A stretch of DNA of 11,686 nucleotides from a bacterium (lineage in GTDB: Bacteria; Zhuqueibacterota; Zhuqueibacteria; Zhuqueibacterales; Zhuqueibacteraceae): the NCBI GenBank assembly GCA_044869275.1, contig JBIOXB010000246.1, positions 1 to 11,686 of the forward strand, given 5' to 3'. The notes beneath the pieces are model-generated. The model saw only the letters and a list, made by a program, of their open reading frames with translations, made no database searches and was not told where the DNA came from. The position numbers and the translations under genes are program-made. Shown here piece after piece: positions 6,914 through 11,686 of the stretch (positions are counted from its first letter, which is position 1; each line of letters starts with the position of its first letter).

Positions 6914-6990
6914 ACCGCGAAGACGCAAAGGACGCGAAAAGTACAATAGACATTACACTTCGCGATCTTGGCATCTTCGCGGTTTTTGTT
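6914..6990. repeat. 9-nt periodic palindrome (REP-like); may also act as a terminator
   Basis: accgcgaaga-cgcaaagga-cgcgaa (6914-6938) pairs imperfectly with ttcgcg-atcttggca-tcttcgcggt (6959-6983); followed by a T-rich run. Confidence 0.7.
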
Positions 6991-7034
6991 TCGGGTTTTT
7001 TGCGATTCAAATGGCAAGCTAAGGACGATTCATT

Positions 7035-8225
7035 ATGTTAGCACGAACGACCCTCACGGATTTCCCCCGCATGCAACAGCTGCCCCAATACATTTTCAAA
7101 CAAGTGATTGGTTGGATGGAAAAAGCGCGCGCGGCCGGGGAAGATATCATCGATTTCGGCATGGGCAATCCCGACGGCGCTACGCCGGCGCACATTCTGG
7201 CAAAAGTGCATGAAGAAATTGACAACGCGCGTAATCATCGCTACTCGGTCTCCCGCGGCATCCCTGACTTGCGCCGGGCAATTTGTGATTGGTATGGCCG
7301 GCGCCATAACGTCAATCTCGACCCGGAAAGTGAAGCGGTGGTGACCATCGGCGCGAAGGAGGGCATTTCACATTTGCTGCTCGCGGTTTTGGACCAAGGC
7401 CAGGGCGTGCTCGTGCCTTCGCCCTCCTATCCCATTCATTTGTTCGCGCCGGTTATTGCCGGCGGCCGTATTTGCCCGGTGAAACTTTTGCCCGGCGAAA
7501 ATTTTTTGGAAAACCTCGAGAACGCCATTCGCAGTGAACGGCCCGCACCACGTTTTCTGATGTTGAGCTTCCCGCACAATCCCACCACCGAAGTGGTGGA
7601 TTTGGCATTCTTTGAAAAAGTAATTGCGCTCGCGCGGGAATATCGCTTGCTCGTGATTCACGATCTCGCTTACGCCGATTTGGGTTTCGATGGCTATCAG
7701 CCGCCTTCGATTTTGCAGATCCCGGGGGCGAAAGAGATTGCCGTGGAGGTATTTTCGCTGTCGAAAAGTTACAACATGGCCGGCTGGCGTATCGGTTTTG
7801 TCGTGGGCAATTCCGCGATGGTTCAGGCGTTGGAAAGAATCAAGAGCTATCTCGATTACGGCATTTTTCAGCCGCTGCAACTTGCCGCCGTGGCTGCGCT
7901 CAACGGCCCACAAGAATGCTTGCACGAGATCGTCGACATCTATCGCACCCGCCGCGACGTTTTATGCGACGAATTGGCGAAGATCGGCTGGAAAATCCCC
8001 AAACCCAAAGCCACGATGTTCGTGTGGGCACGCCTGCCGGAGCCGCATCGCCACCTGGGCTCGCTCGCCTTTGCCAAACTCCTGCTCGAACGCGCGAAAG
8101 TCACGGTGTCGCCGGGCATCGGCTTCGGCGATTACGGTGAGGGCTTCGTGCGTTTTGCGTTGATTGAGAATGAAGAGCGCATCCGGCAGGCGGCGCGAGG
8201 TATACGTGAGGCATTGGCATCGTGA
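7035..8225 (+). CDS. alaC: Class I/II PLP-dependent aminotransferase, AlaC (YfdZ)-like glutamate-pyruvate transaminase
   Basis: AAGGA at 7021-7025; [72 protein letters not shown] (PLP lysine), [23 protein letters not shown]. Substrate specificity is inferred; the LL-DAP aminotransferase-like group is related. Confidence 0.85.
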   Translation: MLARTTLTDFPRMQQLPQYIFKQVIGWMEKARAAGEDIIDFGMGNPDGATPAHILAKVHEEIDNARNHRYSVSRGIPDLRRAICDWYGRRHNVNLDPESEAVVTIGAKEGISHLLLAVLDQGQGVLVPSPSYPIHLFAPVIAGGRICPVKLLPGENFLENLENAIRSERPAPRFLMLSFPHNPTTEVVDLAFFEKVIALAREYRLLVIHDLAYADLGFDGYQPPSILQIPGAKEIAVEVFSLSKSYNMAGWRIGFVVGNSAMVQALERIKSYLDYGIFQPLQLAAVAALNGPQECLHEIVDIYRTRRDVLCDELAKIGWKIPKPKATMFVWARLPEPHRHLGSLAFAKLLLERAKVTVSPGIGFGDYGEGFVRFALIENEERIRQAARGIREALAS

Positions 8226-8290
8226 ATGAGACACGACTTCACATTCATTGCCTAGCCCTGTCATTTGGCTGAATCCCTCAACATTATCTT

Positions 8291-8358
8291 GTCACACTGG
8301 AAGGGTCTCTTTCAGCATAAACACGTACTCGGTGCGGAAAAAGATCCCTCCGGGTGAC
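8291..8358. repeat. Imperfect REP-like inverted repeat (GTCA...TGAC)
   Basis: gtcacactggaagggtctctttc (8291-8313) aligns with the reverse complement of gaaaaagatccctccgggtgac (8337-8358), i.e. gtcacccggagggatctttttc. Confidence 0.6.
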
Positions 8359-8386
8359 GGCCATCGGCGGAGGCCGCCCAAGTTAA

Positions 8387-8557
8387 CCTGAAAAACTCAT
8401 AACCGCAGAGTCGCCGAGCACGCAGAGGTCGAAAGAGTATAGATTGGGCTGATCTCGCTAAGGAGCATGGAAGAGGCTTGTTGTCTAAGCTACTCGACAA
8501 TTTGATGCTCTCTGCGAACTCGGCGTCTCGGCGGTTTGATTTTGTGAATTAGCCAGG
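8387..8557. mobile_element. MITE-like element flanked by TTAA and containing a 9-nt periodic palindrome
   Basis: TTAA at 8383-8386 and 8558-8561. Ends cctgaaaaactcataa and (reverse complement) cctggctaattcacaa match at 11/16. Internal aaccgcagagtcgccgagcacgcagag (8401-8427) pairs with ctctgcgaactcggcgtctcggcggtt (8510-8536). Confidence 0.6.
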
Positions 8558-8641
8558 TTAACCTCATCGAAAGAATGTTTTCGACGGGCACATAAATCAA
8601 GAAATTCGACAGATTGGTTGTCTTCTCTCCCATCAAACCCC

Positions 8642-8670
8642 TTGCTTCCCACCTTCCTGCTGATTATAAT
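8642..8670 (+). promoter_or_regulatory. sigma70-type promoter for the PD40-TPR gene
   Basis: TTGCTT (8642-8647), 17-nt spacer, perfect TATAAT (8665-8670), ~60 nt upstream of ATG 8732. Confidence 0.7.
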
Positions 8671-8731
8671 TTTATCGCGGTCACGATCGTGTGTAAAGAC
8701 ATCTGGAGCGGTGCATTTTTGAAATTTGGAA

Positions 8732-11686
8732 ATGGCTGTGATTTCCTTTCATGTTTTCATCTTCGCAGTCGCATGCTCTACGCTCGAACCAACTCTTCAA
8801 GGCGCCGAGATTATCCCGGCCAGCGCCAACCGTACTCAAAAGGAAAGCTTTGCTGCTTTTCCCCTCACTTCCCACCCCGAAGCCGATCTCATGCCCGCGC
8901 TCTCGCCCGACGGCAAATGGCTGGCATACGTTTCCCGGCAAAACAAGAGTTACGATGTCTGGGTGAAGCCCGCGGCCGGCGGGCTGGCGACCGTGCTCAC
9001 GACGAATACCAGTGATGATTACAGCCCCTCATGGTCCCCGGACGGCAAGGCTCTCGTGTTTGTCTCGCGGCGCGACGATGCCGAAGGCGATTTGTTTCTG
9101 CTGCAGCTCAAACCGCGCGAAGACGGATTTGCGCCGGGGAAATTGCGGCGGCTCACCGCAAATTTTCTGCGCGAGACGCATCCGGCTTTTTCTCCTGATG
9201 GAAAGAAGATTGCGTACAGCGTTGGCGCCTCGGGCGCGGAGCAAATCTGGCTGTATGAAATCAAAAGCAAAAAGAGCTATCCGCTCACCACGCGCGGCGG
9301 CACGCAGCCGGCGTGGTCGCCCGACGGCAAAATGTTGGCGCTTTCCTATCCGGCTTCAGCGGGCGAAGGCCATCAAGTTTTTGTCATCAGCAGCGACACC
9401 ACGCAAGCCGATTACTTGCGCCGGCAAGTTACGTTTGAAGGAGACAATTTTTTCCCCTCTTTTTCAACAGACGGCCAAAAGCTTCTAGTCCAGCGCTTCG
9501 AGGCGCGATTCAACAAAAGCGCGGTACCCGACGCCGGCGTCCGGTCCGCGCATTTGCGCGTTATTGCCCTCACGCATGCTTCCCCCCGCCTCGATCAACC
9601 CAGCCACGAATTGCGCCTCACACCCGCGGGCGAAAATGCCTTATTTCCGTTTTGGGGAAGTGATGGCGCAATTTATTACGCCGCAGAGCATTACGGCAAT
9701 TTCGATTTGTGGCGCTTGCCGGAGTCCGGGCCGATGCCGCGCTTCCTTTCACCGCAGGAAACATTCAACCACGCGCAAAAAATTGCCGATCCAGAAATTG
9801 CGTTGCTGGCCTATTCCGCGCTGCATTTCTATTTTCCGGATTCGACGGTATGGCTGGCGGCCGCAGGATTGGCGACTGGTCGCTGCCATCTCGCCTTGCA
9901 GGATACCGCGCACGCGCGAGCAGCATTTGAAAAAGTCATGGCAGAGTACGGCGATCGTTTTGAAGCAGGATTGTTTGCCGCATACGAGCTGGCGAGACTT
10001 GCACCGGCGCTGCCGCATTTCGAAGAAATCTCAAAGCGCGCTTCCGCCTGGCCGGCGGTGCAGGCTTTTTGCCGGCTCGAGAGTGCCAGATTCTTGCAGC
10101 GCGCAGGCAAGCTCGAGGCGGCGCTGCGGACTTTTCAATCGCTCCCACAGCAATATGCGAATATTCATGAAGCCTGTTATGAGGCCTGGTTGGGTGCGGC
10201 AGAAATATTGCTCGTTCTCGGCCGCCCAGAAGAAGCAGAAGCGATCTTTGTGGCCATTGTTCAAAAATATCCCGGGCACTCGGATTGGCGCGCGATAGCC
10301 ATCAATCATTTATTGGAGGCCGCGCCGCGCAGCAGCTTGACGGCCGACACGCTGGCCTCGTATCAACGGCTCGTGCAGAGATATGCGGCGATACCGGCGA
10401 TCGCCCATGCCGCGCAATTTCGCTTAGCTTCACGCCTGGCGCGCGAGGGTGAAAACGCTCTTGCCGATAATGAATATCGCAGCCTGATCAATTCTTTGCA
10501 GGCGCAAAGCGACCCCTATTTGCAAGATCTAAAAGCCGAAGCCGTCTTGCGTTTGATTCGCGTGCAGATCGCGAACCATGAGCTTCCGGCAGCGGCGCAA
10601 CTTTACGCCAATTATTTGGAGCAGTCTTCCGGCACGTCGGAGAGCTTGGCCGCGCGCGCGGCGAGAACGGAATTGACCGAGGCCCTGGTGCGCCGCGGCC
10701 GCGTGCTCGTGCGCGCACAGGATGATGAGCTGGCGCTGTCGCTTTTTGCGCAGGCGCGCCAGCACGACCCGCGGCACGTCGAAGCGCACCGCGGCTACGT
10801 CGAGGCGATGCATACGCTCGGCCGCATCGACGAAGCCGTGGCGGAGTATCACAAGCTCACCGCACGAATTCCCGACAACGAGATTCTGCTTTATACTTTG
10901 GGACTGGCTTATTCCTATCAAGGCGAGAACGACATCGGCTTGCTGCGCCGCTCTTCTGAAATCATCGAGCGCGCCCTGGCCTTAAATTATCGCCTCGTGC
11001 CTGCATATCTTACGCTCAGCTTCAACTACGAAGCGCTCGAACAATTGCAGCAGAAAGAACGTGCGCGCAAGAAAGGATTGTTCGAAAAAATCGCGCTGGC
11101 CACGCCGCGCTTGCTTGACAATGTTCGCCGTACCGTCACCTTCCGTCCGCCCAAAGCGCAGGAACGCTGGTATGAGCGCGCGGTCGAAGCCCTCACCACC
11201 GCCATTGCCATGAACGATGAGCGCGCCGATCCGCAACGCGAGGCCCAGCTCGCGCTCAATCTCGCCAACAATTATTACAACTTTGGCGAGTTCGGTTTGG
11301 AGAACGCCTATCGCTATTATCGCCTCAAGCTGCAATACGACAGCACTTTCACTTCCCTCAAACAAAAAGAAGTGATCTGCGAACGCCTCGGCCATTCCGG
11401 CTGGGTGGCGGGCGAAGCACAAGAGGCGGCACCGTTCCTGCAGCAGGCCGTAACTCTCGCGCAAAGCCTGCGTGACGTGGACAGTGAATTGCGCAATCTC
11501 TTGCGCCTGGCGCTGCTGTATCAGGAGGCGCAAGATTATGAGAGCTCCATCACCTATTACCGGCAATTCATCAATGCCAGCCGCCGTGAAAATCGCACGG
11601 AGAATATCGCCGTGGCCTGGCGCAATCTCGCCTACAATCATCAAAAACTCGCTGAGACCGACGAGGCGGTGGACAACGGCGAGCGC
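8732..11686 (+). CDS. Large, probably exported PD40/TolB-like beta-propeller plus multi-TPR protein; 3' end lies outside the window
   Basis: Hand-translated frame is open from ATG 8732 (in-frame TGA at 8720) to the window end, 985 codons. MAVISFHVFIFAVAC is signal-like; six blades PALSPDGKWLAYVS, PSWSPDGKALVFVS, PAFSPDGKKIAYS, PAWSPDGKMLALS, PSFSTDGQKLLV, PFWGSDGAIYY; then TPR-like helices such as ALSLFAQARQHDPRHVEAHRGYVEAMHTLGRIDEAVAEY, LYTLGLAYSYQG, NLANNYYNFGE, AWRNLAYNHQKL. Confidence 0.9.
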   Translation, partial: MAVISFHVFIFAVACSTLEPTLQGAEIIPASANRTQKESFAAFPLTSHPEADLMPALSPDGKWLAYVSRQNKSYDVWVKPAAGGLATVLTTNTSDDYSPSWSPDGKALVFVSRRDDAEGDLFLLQLKPREDGFAPGKLRRLTANFLRETHPAFSPDGKKIAYSVGASGAEQIWLYEIKSKKSYPLTTRGGTQPAWSPDGKMLALSYPASAGEGHQVFVISSDTTQADYLRRQVTFEGDNFFPSFSTDGQKLLVQRFEARFNKSAVPDAGVRSAHLRVIALTHASPRLDQPSHELRLTPAGENALFPFWGSDGAIYYAAEHYGNFDLWRLPESGPMPRFLSPQETFNHAQKIADPEIALLAYSALHFYFPDSTVWLAAAGLATGRCHLALQDTAHARAAFEKVMAEYGDRFEAGLFAAYELARLAPALPHFEEISKRASAWPAVQAFCRLESARFLQRAGKLEAALRTFQSLPQQYANIHEACYEAWLGAAEILLVLGRPEEAEAIFVAIVQKYPGHSDWRAIAINHLLEAAPRSSLTADTLASYQRLVQRYAAIPAIAHAAQFRLASRLAREGENALADNEYRSLINSLQAQSDPYLQDLKAEAVLRLIRVQIANHELPAAAQLYANYLEQSSGTSESLAARAARTELTEALVRRGRVLVRAQDDELALSLFAQARQHDPRHVEAHRGYVEAMHTLGRIDEAVAEYHKLTARIPDNEILLYTLGLAYSYQGENDIGLLRRSSEIIERALALNYRLVPAYLTLSFNYEALEQLQQKERARKKGLFEKIALATPRLLDNVRRTVTFRPPKAQERWYERAVEALTTAIAMNDERADPQREAQLALNLANNYYNFGEFGLENAYRYYRLKLQYDSTFTSLKQKEVICERLGHSGWVAGEAQEAAPFLQQAVTLAQSLRDVDSELRNLLRLALLYQEAQDYESSITYYRQFINASRRENRTENIAVAWRNLAYNHQKLAETDEAVDNGER

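Noticed and set aside
8614..11644. Track ORFs 8614-9015, 9012-9488, 9564-10298, 10982-11644 and others, read as separate genes or a frameshifted pseudogene
   Set aside because: All overlap one uninterrupted frame from 8732 that the track omitted, presumably because it has no stop inside the window.

Overview
Bacterial chromosomal window in which all protein genes lie on the + strand. In order: a secreted lipoprotein with an acidic tail (164-976); a fused E2-E1 2-oxoglutarate dehydrogenase of the Kgd/OdhA type (1638-5228); a membrane-anchored HEAT-repeat protein (5499-6350); a gamma-glutamylcyclotransferase-fold protein (~6361-6795); an AlaC-like PLP aminotransferase (7035-8225); and a large ORF missing from the supplied track (8732 to window end, at least 985 codons) with a six-bladed PD40/TolB-like propeller followed by many TPRs. 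The most unusual item is an apparently self-contained ~190-nt transcription unit on the minus strand (~1425 to 1236), divergent from sucA. It has its own sigma70-type promoter, hairpins whose G-U pairs work only on that strand, an intrinsic terminator, and a 15-nt 'super Shine-Dalgarno' (GAAAGGAGGUGAUCC) complementary to the canonical 16S rRNA 3' end, set inside a 19-codon mini-ORF. The intergenic regions also hold several distinct palindromic or MITE-like repeat families. All calls come from reading the sequence by eye; no searches or folding programs were run.
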